From positions 4,470,620 to 4,517,830 of the forward strand of contig NC_069006.1 in the NCBI RefSeq assembly GCF_001194135.2: a stretch of 47,211 nucleotides of DNA, read 5' to 3'. Under the pieces are notes generated by a model. The model had not been told where the DNA came from. It made no database searches and saw only the letters and a list, made by a program, of their open reading frames with translations. Position numbers and translations under genes: made by a program. The stretch comes from Octopus bimaculoides (lineage: Eukaryota). Shown in pieces: positions 1 through 11,499 of the stretch (positions within the stretch are counted from its first letter, which is position 1; each line of letters begins with the position of its first letter).

Positions 1-41
<41 letters not shown>

Positions 42-299
42 CACACACACACACAAAGTATGGGGCTTTAGTTCACAGGTGATCTAAACGATTAGGTACT
101 CTAGGTAAGTGCTGTCTGTAACAAATTACTAGGACTTCAAGATTATAGCCGAGACGGTAGCTATGGAGCCATTGCAGATTTCCGATGCAGATTTTCCATA
201 ATTTTGATAACTTTGATGATAGATTTCAGCCAGTATAAGCCCAGGCCATGTCTAACTAAGTAGCACCACCTGGTGAATCTTTTAGTCATATATGGTGCA

Positions 300-747
300 C
301 CATAGCCCACTCTAACCAAAAAGTTATTATTGTTGGAGACATATCCGGGTAGAGGAGGTTGGTCTGGGATTTTTTGAAGAAATTTGTCTGGTAAACATTA
401 AAATTTTATGGGATCCGTTTCCATTTTGACATATTTTGGTATGGTATTAAAGAGAGCTAGACTGGTTGAGGTAAAGTAATTATGACATAACGTTGCTATG
501 TGTACCAAGTTCAATTTTTGTAGTCAGCAGATAGCACGGGGGACAAGTCTTGGATGGATTTTAAAATTGATGCCAACATCATTTGTGCAATATTGATGGA
601 ATATTTTTCACATAACACAAATGATGTAGCACTCCTGGTGGTGGGATATCCCAGAAACAGCTGTAAGACTTTGAATTTTTCCCAATAATGATATTGTATA
701 CAACTTCAGATGTTTGCCTTGCCTTAATGCTTGTTGTCTTCTTGAAC

Positions 748-750
<3 letters not shown>
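300..750 (-). mobile_element. Degraded 3' end of a CR1/L2-type LINE ORF2
   Basis: Minus-strand translation across stops and frameshifts: HYWEKFKVLQLF...ECYIICVM*KIF...LALFNTIPKYVK...F*CLPDKFLQKIPDQPPLPGYVSNNN, the typical C-terminal YW.RL..L.LY / LFN.LP / LD.FL..IPDQP..PGY pattern. Confidence 0.75.
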
Positions 751-781
<31 letters not shown>

Positions 782-1430
782 NNNNNNNNNNNNNNNNNNN
801 NNNNNNNNNNNNNNNNNNNNNNNNNNNNNNNNNNNNNNNNNNNNNNNNNNNNNNNNNNNNNNNNNNNNNNNNNNNNNNNNNNNNNNNNNNNNNNNNNNNN
901 NNNNNNNNNNNNNNNNNNNNNNNNNNNNNNNNNNNNNNNNNNNNNNNNNNNNNNNNNNNNNNNNNNNNNNNNNNNNNNNNNNNNNNNNNNNNNNNNNNNN
1001 NNNNNNNNNNNNNNNNNNNNNNNNNNNNNNNNNNNNNNNNNNNNNNNNNNNNNNNNNNNNNNNNNNNNNNNNNNNNNNNNNNNNNNNNNNNNNNNNNNNN
1101 NNNNNNNNNNNNNNNNNNNNNNNNNNNNNNNNNNNNNNNNNNNNNNNNNNNNNNNNNNNNNNNNNNNNNNNNNNNNNNNNNNNNNNNNNNNNNNNNNNNN
1201 NNNNNNNNNNNNNNNNNNNNNNNNNNNNNNNNNNNNNNNNNNNNNNNNNNNNNNNNNNNNNNNNNNNNNNNNNNNNNNNNNNNNNNNNNNNNNNNNNNNN
1301 NNNNNNNNNNNNNNNNNNNNNNNNNNNNNNNNNNNNNNNNNNNNNNNNNNNNNNNNNNNNNNNNNNNNNNNNNNNNNNNNNNNNNNNNNNNNNNNNNNNN
1401 NNNNNNNNNNNNNNNNNNNNNNNNNNNNNN

Positions 1431-1800
1431 NAAAAAAACCGGATGTTATGACCTTGCCAGTTGAAGGAATGACTCTGGCCTTCTTTGGGGTAGAAGATGT
1501 GTGCTTCCACTGCTTTGATTGTTCTTTGGTTTCAGTCTGGTAGTGATGGACCCAACTTTCATCCATAGTAATGAAACGAGCAAGAAAATTCTCTTCATCA
1601 GCTTCAAACAGTTCCAGATCGCTCGTGAACAAAGTGCACCTGGTGCGTTTCTGTTCAGGTGAGGGACCCATCTTGCAGAAACCTTTGAGAACCTGAGTTC
1701 TTTTGTCCCAATGTTGTCTGCTCTTTCAGTTGAGATGCCCAGTTTCTCGGCTATCTGACGACATGATATTCGGCGATCTTGCATTATCATACCAAGAGCA
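1431..1800 (-). mobile_element. Mariner (DD34D-type) transposase remnant, frameshifted
   Basis: DRRISCRQIAEKLGIS...FSKVSARWVPH(L) and FLARFITMDESWVHHYQTETKEQSKQWKH...PKKARVIPSTGKV in two frames; runs into the N gap. Confidence 0.92.
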
Positions 1801-1879
1801 AGGTCAAGGTTGTCCTTGGGCTTCTCTATCAGCAGTTGATATGAGGAGATTCATACCTATGATGTAAAGAATAGGGGAA

Positions 1880-2520
1880 ATCGTGCACCCAGTCATTATC
1901 CCTTTCTCAAGGTCTTACCACCAAGTCGTGAAATGGGTTGTTCTGAAACGTGACTGGACGCCTGCAAAATAACTGATGATTATTCCCCTGATATGCAGAA
2001 TAATAGCATGATAGCAGTCAAGGGCTGCATATATGAGGTCATGAGGAATTGATCTGCATGCATTTTGCAGATCCAGCCAAACCACTGTCAGGTCACCTTT
2101 ACTTCTCTTAGCCTTCTGAATCAACTGAGTGAGAATTCCAGTGAGTTCCAGACATCCTGTGAAACCCGGAACCCCACCTTTCTGGATAGATGTGTTTATA
2201 TACCCATTCTCAGTCATGTATGATGTCATCCTTTTGGCCAGTATGGAAAAGATCTCGACATTCAGGAGGCAGATGGTCCTGAACTGATTAACGGCTTTGG
2301 AGTTTTCTTCTTTTGGTACAAAACATCCTTCCGCTTTCTTCCAGCATGGTGGGACGATACCTTTGTCCAGATCTTCTGGAACAGCGTCCACAGCCCCTGA
2401 AAGAGTGGCGGCCATTTCTTGTATACTTTATAAGGTATATCACTTGGGCCAGGAGCTGATGCTGATCTGGCCTTTTTCACCATTTATTCCATTTCCTTCC
2501 AGGATGGACAGCGGAGGTTG
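1880..2520 (-). mobile_element. Non-LTR retrotransposon RT fragment, RLE-type (HERO/NeSL-like)
   Basis: KARSASAPGPSDIPYKVYKK...; EGCFVPKEENSKAVNQFRTICLLNVE; IQKGGVPGFTGCLE; LTVVWLDLQNACRSIPHDLI (RT subdomains 0-3). Frameshifted. Clade assignment from motif recall. Confidence 0.85.
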
Positions 2521-2684
2521 AATTTGAAAACTAGTATTTCAGCTCTATAAATAGTCAAGCCTCAGCAATTCAACATCAGAAGTGAGGGTTTTCATACTAC
2601 CTTTCCGACAACCAGTATACCAGTGGCTCCCAACTTTTTCACTACCAAGGATCCCTTTTATTTAAATGAGTTTTCCTACAGACC

Positions 2685-2893
2685 CTATAATTATAAACAT
2701 AATTATAATTAGGGGTCAGCTAATTGCTTCACCACATACTGAATTTAGAAATAGGAGTTAAAAATTCCTTTACTACCATAAGAATCTCCCAAACAGTAAC
2801 ATAGAAAAAGGAATTTTTAACTCCTGTTTCTAAATTTGGTATGTGGTGAAGTAATTAGCTGACCCTTCATTATAATTATGTTTATAATTATAG
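2685..2893. repeat. Foldback element: 86-bp inverted arms, 37-bp spacer
   Basis: 2685-2770 vs reverse complement of 2808-2893, about 6 mismatches. Confidence 0.9.
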
Positions 2894-3439
2894 AATATTT
2901 GTATAATTTTACCTATAACGTTTACCTATAAACGTTATTTTAACATACCGATCTACTTGGTAAAATTATTAATTAATTGATTGATTAATTAATTAATGTA
3001 ATTAATTAATTTTACCCTTTTATTATTAATTTGAAATATATATATATATATATACTCCAGTACTACCACCTGATAGATTGTAGTTAGTACTCTTTAATAT
3101 GTGTGAGATAGACATCGCTGGACTATAATACTATTGAACGTGGTAGTCAGCAATCAGTGATTCAATAGATTTAAACAAATCAACAAGCTTTATTCTAGGT
3201 CATTGCTATTGTCATATCTATTGCCGAAAGCAAGTGCTGTCACAGTTATTTAGAAAATATAGACATGAAAATATCCTGGAAAGAAAATTGTGATTTATAT
3301 ATAATCCGGATTTATTTCATTTAATTATAATGGTTTAATTTATTATTGAATAATGAAAAAAACAAAATTTTTATAAATGCAATATTCTGGGAGTTTACTC
3401 CAGAAAAAAAAAAATTCATTGAATAAATGTTATTTAAAA

Positions 3440-3970
3440 AAAAAATCATAATAAAAACAATTGTTTCCGATTTGGGCACAAATCCAGAAAGTTCTTTGCT
3501 GGGGGCGGTCGTCAAAACCTCGGAATTTGACTGGTAAGGATGAAAGTTAAAGATGACTTTGGCGGGAAGTGAACTGATAACATAACGAGCTCGAAGGAGA
3601 GTGACTTATTTAAGATCTTAGTACAGAAACAGTAATTTTTGAGGGTTTAATTGATTATGTCTACTGCAGTGCTCAACTGGTTCTTATCGACCAAACTGGA
3701 TAGAAGATAACCTTGACCATGGCGAAATATGAACTCAGAACGTGATGAGTCGGAAAAAATGCTGCTAAACATTTTGTCCGACGCATGAACAATTCTGCCA
3801 ACTCGCCGAATTAAGGTTAATAGTAATATTTTTTTAAAAATCTAATTTTGGCACATGACCTGCAGATTTTGAGGGACTGGTACTTTATTCCATCGACCTC
3901 GAAAGGACGAACGGTAAAAATAAGCTCGGAGCCATTTGGACTCAGCATTTTGTCTGTTTCGCCAACGAAT
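3440..3970 (-). mobile_element. Cluster of about 3 degraded copies of tRNA-derived SINE family B
   Basis: Reverse-strand matches to the 6166-6378 element (ctcggaattt, gaactcagaacgt, cgacctcgaaagga). Confidence 0.7.
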
Positions 3971-4233
3971 TCCGCCTTAATGATAATTAGCTAACCCCAT
4001 AGTTTAATTAGAAGAAACAACCATTAAATATCAGGTGTCAACATGACATCTTGTATGTTAACGTGTAAGAGAATAAAAGAATGAATACACACACACACCC
4101 TACTATTATGCATTCGCAGCAAGTTGTCATGTGTGAGTAGATGTATTTGCACCATCTAATTCGTTATATTTCTCTCCTATAGCATACAATTTTATCCAGC
4201 TTCTTAGCACTTAAGAGAGAGATACGATAGATA

Positions 4234-4438
4234 TAGTAATCCCTCGCCATATTGTGGTTTATTATTTAAACTTACGTCGATTCCTCTTTGGTGTTGTTTT
4301 GCATTTATAATAAAATAAATATTCACAAATTATAAAAATAATTTAAAAAATACAGTACAGTAGTGTTTCTACATCGCAGATTTTCACCTATCGGGGGGAT
4401 TTGGTAACGTAACACCCGCGTTAGTCGAGGGATTACTC
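4234..4438. mobile_element. pogo/Tigger-like MITE
   Basis: Terminal (C/T)AGTAATCCCTCG...CGAGGGATTACT inverted repeats; same family as 41508-41698. Confidence 0.75.
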
Positions 4439-4611
4439 TGTGTGTGTGTGTATGTGTATAAATATATATATATATATACATGTATGTATGTATATTTTAT
4501 ATATATATATATATATATGTATATTTTTTGTATATTTTATATATGTATATTATATATATATGTATATTTTTTTGTATATTTTATATATGTATATTACATA
4601 TATATATGTGT

Positions 4612-4960
4612 AGTCCCACTGCGTGGCACCTTGGGCAAGTGTCTTCTACTATAGCCTCGGGCCGACCAAAGCCTTGTGAGTGGATTTGGTAGACGGAAAC
4701 TGAAAGAAGCCCACCGTATATATGTGTATATATGTATGTGTGTGTATATGTTTGCGTGTCTGTGTTTGTCCCCCCAACATCGCTTGACAACCGATTCTGG
4801 TGTGTTTACGTCCCCGTAACTTAGCGGTTCGGCAAAAGAGCGATAGAATAAGTACTAGGCTTACAAAGAATAAGTCCTGGGGTCGATTTGCTCGACTAAA
4901 GGTGGTGCTCCAGCATGGCCACAGTCAAATGACTGAAACAAGTAAAAGAGTAAAAGAGTA
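4612..4960 (+). mobile_element. tRNA-derived SINE family A (CORE-like), 5'-truncated
   Basis: gtcccactgcgtggcaccttgggcaagtgtc...ccagcatggccacagtcaaatgactgaaac; near-identical to 40154-40521. Confidence 0.9.
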
Positions 4961-5129
4961 TATATAGATAGATAGATGAGTAGCGTTTGTTTGAATCTCT
5001 CCTTGTCTCTTTGTATAGCACAAACGTTTATCATCTTAGTACTTTAATCTAATAGATGGATAGAGAGATATTTGTGGGTGGGTGATAGAATGAAAGATAG
5101 ATAGCTTGATAGATAGATATAAAGCGACG

Positions 5130-5169
<40 letters not shown>

Positions 5170-6165
5170 GTGTGAGTATGATAGAAAGAAAGAAAAAGGT
5201 ACGTGAGTATGAGAGATGAGTGCGAGATAGAGATAAATAGACAGAGAGAGAGAGAGAAAGAGAGGTGTGAGTGTTATTGTTGGAAAGAGAGAAAATTTCC
5301 AGTAGCGTTTGCTTGAATCTCCCTCTCTCTCGTACTCACATTTTTAACCCCCACTCCTGTCACCACCTGGTAGATTGTAGTTAGTACTTTAATACTAGAG
5401 ATACACATCAATAACAACAATCCCAAAATAAACAAACATTTCAGACTCGGCCGCACCTTACATATTTCCGAGAGCCAAACTTCTAGTTTGAAGATACATT
5501 TTTTAACTCAAGGAAGTCGTAGGAAAGCGACAAGGGCGTTGCCCTTTGATCATCTGAATAAACCCTTGAAAGAAAAAAACAAATAACAGAACTTAAACAG
5601 AAACTAAACACTATGACATTTACGCTGGTATCATATATTATATGCTCACTCACATGCATACCTCCATAAATAATGATAGAGAACAGTAAATATTAGTAAA
5701 TAAGAGTAACGAATTCTGGCGGGAAATCTGATTTGCGTGTAAAATTTTTATCAAGGGAGGTAATAACGTTTTTCTTAATTTTATTTCAACGACCTGCGGC
5801 CCGTTTCTTGCAAAAGGTTGCTCATCCAACCAACAAGGAACTTCCTTGTGGCCGACCTATGAGCTAGAAACAGCAGAAAAACTCTTGAATCACTCGAAAA
5901 TAAGGCAAATACAACGATATTCAGTGCAGGGTAGACTTGATTTACAAATAAATTTTCATTCTACTTAAGTAATGAGCTATTAATGCTACAAAACAATGCA
6001 TCTAGCATAGGAGAGATCAATCGATTACATCGATTCCAGGGTTCAACTGATAATTATATCGACCTCTTAACAAGTTGGCTCCCGAGCCGCATTTTATGTT
6101 TTAGTCCAGGGTCCCAATACAATATCTTAATTTTGACACGAGCGGCGTAATATTTTTAAACTATA

Positions 6166-6378
6166 AGGCGGTGTGCTGGCAGAAACTTTAGCACGCCGGG
6201 CGAAATGCTTAGCGGCATTTCATGTCTTTACATTCTGAGTTCAAATTCCGCCGAGGTCGACTTTGTCTTTCATCCTTTCGGGGTCGATAAAGTAAGTACC
6301 AGTTGCGTACTGGTGTCGATCTAATCGAGTGGCCTCCTCCCCCAAAATTTCGGGCCTTGTACCTAGAGAAGAAAAGAA
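6166..6378 (+). mobile_element. tRNA-derived SINE family B, near full length
   Basis: Pol III-type head (ggcggtgtgctggcagaa... B box gagttcaaattcc), body cctttcggggtcgataaagtaagtacc, A-rich tail; repeated elsewhere in the window. Confidence 0.85.
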
Positions 6379-7239
6379 TATTTTAAAACTATACCATATG
6401 TGAGGTAAGNNNNNNNNNNNNNNNNNNNNNNNNNNNNNNNNNNNNNNNNNNNNNNNNNNNNNNNNNNNNNNNNNNNNNNNNNNNNNNNNNNNNNNNNNNN
6501 NNNNNNNNNNNNNNNNNNNNNNNNNNNNNNNNNNNNNNNNNNNNNNNNNNNNNNNNNNNNNNNNNNNNNNNNNNNNNNNNNNNNNNNNNNNNNNNNNNNN
6601 NNNNNNNNNNNNNNNNNNNNNNNNNNNNNNNNNNNNNNNNNNNNNNNNNNNNNNNNNNNNNNNNNNNNNNNNNNNNNNNNNNNNNNNNNNNNNNNNNNNN
6701 NNNNNNNNNNNNNNNNNNNNNNNNNNNNNNNNNNNNNNNNNNNNNNNNNNNNNNNNNNNNNNNNNNNNNNNNNNNNNNNNNNNNNNNNNNNNNNNNNNNN
6801 NNNNNNNNNNNNNNNNNNNNNNNNNNNNNNNNNNNNNNNNNNNNNNNNNNNNNNNNNNNNNNNNNNNNNNNNNNNNNNNNNNNNNNNNNNNNNNNNNNNN
6901 NNNNNNNNNNNNNNNNNNNNNNNNNNNNNNNNNNNNNNNNNNNNNNNNNNNNNNNNNNNNNNNNNNNNNNNNNNNNNNNNNNNNNNNNNNNNNNNNNNNN
7001 NNNNNNNNNNNNNNNNNNNNNNNNNNNNNNNNNNNNNNNNNNNNNNNNNNNNNNNNNNNNNNNNNNNNNNNNNNNNNNNNNNNNNNNNNNNNNNNNNNNN
7101 NNNNNNNNNNNNNNNNNNNNNNNNNNNNNNNNNNNNNNNNNNNNNNNNNNNNNNNNNNNNNNNNNNNNNNNNNNNNNNNNNNNNNNNNNNNNNNNNNNNN
7201 NNNNNNNNNNNNNNNNNNNNNNNNNNNNNNNNNNNNNNA

Positions 7240-7545
7240 ACAGCCTGCTCATGAATTTAATGTGCAAGTGGCTGAGCACTCCACAGATACGTAGTTCTCG
7301 GCGATATTCAACGTGACACAGAGTGTGAGAAGGCTGACCCTTTGAATTACAAGCACAACAGAAACGGGAAGGAAGAGTGAGAGAAAATTGTGGTGGAAGA
7401 GTACAGCAGGGTTCGCCACCATCCCCTGCCGGTGCTTCGTGGAGCTTTAGCTGTTTTCGCTCAATAAACACTCACAACGCCCGGTCTGGAAATCGAAACC
7501 GCGATCCTATGTCCGCTGCCCTAACCACTGGGCCATTGCGCCTCC
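7240..7545 (-). mobile_element. tRNA-derived SINE family C
   Basis: Reverse copy of 41958-42325; 3' end lost in the gap. Confidence 0.9.
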
Positions 7546-7639
7546 ACTCAGATCATTAGTGAAAGACGTAAAAAGCCATAGTTTGAGAAAGAATTGAAAC
7601 TGAGAAGCGTTAGCAATAACTAAGGGCAATAACTCGTGT

Positions 7640-7785
7640 TTACCAGTAAACCGGATGTTTATATATGCGCATGTGCTTCTCTGTCGTTAGTCTAGTTTTT
7701 TTTGACTCGACTGACATCAATTTTGGTTGAGAGAAACTTTTCTTGTAAACACTTCATCACCAAATTTCTGTTACTGAATGTAAGT
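7640..7785 (+). promoter_or_regulatory. Candidate promoter and non-coding first exon
   Basis: ETS-like CCGGATGT (7651), NRF1-like TGCGCATGTGC (7666), then a non-repetitive ~100 nt ending in a consensus donor gaat|GTAAGT (7780). Motif-only evidence. Confidence 0.35.
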
Positions 7786-7900
7786 TGTTTTGATAAATCT
7801 GTGTTTACTATTATTTTTATAATTATTTACCAACTATGTCATTTGGTTTCTTTCTTCCTTTAGCCACATTGCTTATTATTACTTAAATTTAGTTGCCTTG

Positions 7901-7937
<37 letters not shown>

Positions 7938-8336
7938 CATATATACATACATATACTCGTGGCACTTGTCATATATATATATATATACACTCACATACGG
8001 ACACATGTTTGTGTAGTAAGTGCTGACATACGAAGCTGTCTGTCCGTCACTGTATCTTCTGTTAAATATTTATATATATATATCATGTGTAGTGTATGGT
8101 GTAGTATATGTGTGATGTGTATGTAAATACTTTTTATACACATAAGCATAGAAAAATTCATTTCAAAACTAGTTTATATATATACATACATATATGTGTG
8201 TGTGTGTGTATACATACACGCACACACATTCATACGCATGCATGTGTAAATGCGATTCTTAAGATTCACACAGTTCTATATATATATATATATATATATA
8301 TAGGACAGCTATTCCGGAAGTCCACCTGTGTGTGTT

Positions 8337-8399
<63 letters not shown>

Positions 8400-8479
8400 A
8401 AGTACACAAATATATAAATAAATAAACCTTTTTATACCCCTTAATTGCAAAAGTATAGTGTCTTCATATAGTGTCATTG

Positions 8480-8705
8480 TTGAACACACCAGGGTCACCC
8501 GCACATCCTGCCGACGTGTTATTGGGGATCAGCATTGGACTAGCCTATTTTCAGGCAAGGGGATTTCCCTCCTCTCGATGACTTCAGCCCATGCAAGTTT
8601 CTTTGACCAGATATATGTTATTTGAATCTGATGTATCTATCGCCTATGCAATGGTCACTCTAACCGCGAAAGCAATGGTCACTCTAACCAACTATATAAC
8701 CATCT
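8480..8705 (-). mobile_element. Probable degraded tRNA-derived SINE with internal 18-bp duplication
   Basis: Minus strand ggttatatagttggttagagtg... (A-box-like) and agattcaaat (B-box-like); gcaatggtcactctaacc at 8648-8665 and 8672-8689. Confidence 0.4.
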
Positions 8706-9585
8706 AAATATATATTTGTGGCGAAGATGACCAGCCATAATAATAAACTTCCTAAAAAATATCACTGCTCTAATGATTTAGTGTGCATCTGTTTGAGATA
8801 TATATATGTATATATATATAATTGGAATATCTTTAAACTGTATTCTAATATGCATCAATGCAAAACCAAAGTATTTAGTTTTTACTGAACACTGGTATAA
8901 ACCGGAGAACAAGGATGCAAATATCCCTTGATTTATTTTGGTTTTGCATTGATGTATATTGGTATAAATAAGAAGAAAATGGAGAAATTGACGTATAGAC
9001 ATCATTTTCTTCAAAGATATTTTATATAAGTTGGAATATCTTTGAATAAATTCATGACTATACGTCTATTTCTCCATTTTCTTCTTTTTCGTCATTCATA
9101 TAATAGTATAGTTTGCTTGAAGCATTCTCTGATATTGATTAATGTTTTGAAATTACTAAGTAAAGCCAAAACAATCTTATAAGAAATAATACAAGTTGAT
9201 GGTTTGTACTGTATTTTTCACCTTGTATTTAAACATTTCGTTGTTAGGATTTCCTTTTCATGAGATTATAAAGTTTAAAAGTCTCACATTTCGGACAGGA
9301 AACAGTTGATTAAATAAACTGACACTAGTTTTGTGACCCCCGATAAGAAAGAATGTTTAAATGTACCCTGTTGGAGTCCGAAATCTGTATCCTTCCAAAG
9401 TCTTTTCTTCACTCATTCATCCACGAATGACTAATATAAGTGTGTGTGTATGTATATATATAATCTGGATATCCTTGTTGCTTATTTTGATTTTAATCAC
9501 CTTACTTTGAAATTGTATGGATAATACCGTACTAAATTCTGGTGCCTCAACTTAAGTACCATATTCATCTGAATCTAAATTTTTG

Positions 9586-9618
<33 letters not shown>

Positions 9619-10062
9619 GTTTTTAGGAAACTAGGTTTTTAGTACGATAAAAATGTTTAAAAAATAATGATGAAATATTCTAATTGTATCACAATTAAAG
9701 GGAAACTTTATTTAATCTTCTTCCCTTAAAAAAAAAAAAAAACAGTTGGACATTGTGACTTGACGAAGGACGCGTGGTTATGTTGTGAGAAAATGTCTTG
9801 CTCCTATAACAGCTATGCACTTAGGTTTATAATAAAATTCATTCGGAAAACTGATATGGGGTTTATTGTAGTTGTTTGTGGCCACTGAAGAAATTTCTAA
9901 ATGATACCCAGTCCCCTTTATGATCGGATGTATGTCTTCTCAGTACCTGCAGTAACTATTATTGTCAAAGCCCTCCTTTCTCATCTTAGCGAATCCGTCT
10001 TCCTCTTCCTTGTTCCTCATTTTTTAAAATTCTTACAAAGTTTTGTTGTTGTTTGGTTTTAG

Positions 10063-10125
10063 GTTACAAGTGGTTTGTCGTTAACAAAAAATCGAAAATT
10101 GCAATTTATTTGGACAATTACAACT
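10063..10125 (+). other. Candidate 63-nt internal (5'UTR) exon
   Basis: Long T-rich tract ending ttttAG (10061-62) and donor GTATGT (10126); sequence not recognisably repetitive. Confidence 0.3.
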
Positions 10126-10246
10126 GTATGTATACACGTGTGTGTGTGTATAGATATGCATATATACGTAAACACAAAATTCATATATACATGTATATAT
10201 TAAAAAAAATGCCGATATGTTTAGTTCTTCTATTCATGTGTGTGTA

Positions 10247-10607
10247 TAGCTTGTTTACCAACCACATGGTTCCGGGTTCAGTCCCACTGCATGGCACCTT
10301 GGGCAAGTGTCTTCTACTATAGCCTCGGGCCGACCAAAGCCTTGTGAGTGGATTTGGTAGACGGAAACTGAAAGAAGCCCGTTGTATATATGTGTGTTTG
10401 TGTCCCCCCCCCCCAAAAAAAACTTTGCTTNNNNNNNNNNTTGAAAATCGATGCTGGTTTCTTTACCTCCCCATAACATTGGCGGTTCGGCAAAAGAGAC
10501 TGATAGAATAAGTACTAGGCTTACTAAGAATAAGTCCTGGGGTCGATTTGCTGGACTAAAGGCGGTGCTCCAGCATGGCCGCAGTCAAATGACTGAAACA
10601 AGAAAGA
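10247..10607 (+). mobile_element. SINE family A copy
   Basis: aaccacatggttccgggttcagtcccactg...ttgggcaagtgtc...aatgactgaaac. Confidence 0.92.
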
Positions 10608-10922
10608 GTGTGTATATATATATATATACACACACACACATATGGAAGATGCGCCCGCATGTATGTGTGTGTAAACTCACTTTTTGCTGAGCGTCAAACT
10701 AATAATACATTCCTTGTGTACACATCCGCTTGTTTGTTATTGTTCATTTGATTTGTCTACATATACACTCGCGCAAATGATTCTAACTTGCTAAAGGCGA
10801 ATTAGGAAAACATGTCTATTGAATAATCCACTTTCAGAAGACATCCATCCATGTTTACAAGCATTTTTGCGATTATTTTCTCACCAAAACGCTGTCTTAA
10901 ATAGTTTGACATAGTTTAAGTT

Positions 10923-11071
10923 TGGTCATCTCTAAATCTAAGGAGTCTTCTAGTTTTAAGTGTGGTCATCTCTAAATCTAAGGAGTCTTCTAGTTTTAAG
11001 TGTGGTCATCTCTAAATCTAAGGAGTCTTCTAGTTTTAAGTGTGGTCATCTCTAAATCTAAGGAGTCTTCT
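10923..11071. repeat. Perfect 40-bp tandem repeat, about 3.7 copies
   Basis: Unit tggtcatctctaaatctaaggagtcttctagttttaagtg starting at 10923, 10963, 11003 and 11043 (partial). Confidence 0.97.
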
Positions 11072-11499
11072 GTTGAATATAAAACCCACGTGTTGTTTTT
11101 GGCCATTTATAAATCAGTCGGTGGTTTTTGGTGTCTTAATGAGGGAAATTGTTTTATTATTTCTTTAAAATATTTAGAAACTAAATATCGATTTGTAATT
11201 GCTTATTGGAATTACTCGGTTTTATGTGTTAGGAAAACAAAAAAAAAAATCTTGGTTTTATTTGTAGGGGAGAAAATATATATATTGTAATTGAGATGGA
11301 CAAATGAAAATACGTACAAGTTAGAAATAATCTATCTTAGTTTCGTCGCTATCTAATGTATAGTGTGGATATTTTATATAGAAATTAATGGCATGAATAA
11401 AACTAAACCTCCTTGCTTGGAGTTTCAGAAACTGTAAAATGTAATGTTTTGACATTGTTTTTGTTCTCAATTAATATTGAGCTAAGCCGGTGTTTGTTT

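Noticed and set aside
7893-8504. YIYIYI / HTHTHT / CVCVCV ORFs here and at 4442, 31387, 32577
   Set aside because: Translations of (AT)n/(AC)n microsatellites.
10923-11071. CRISPR-like array
   Set aside because: Units are contiguous and identical with no spacers; eukaryotic context, no cas genes.
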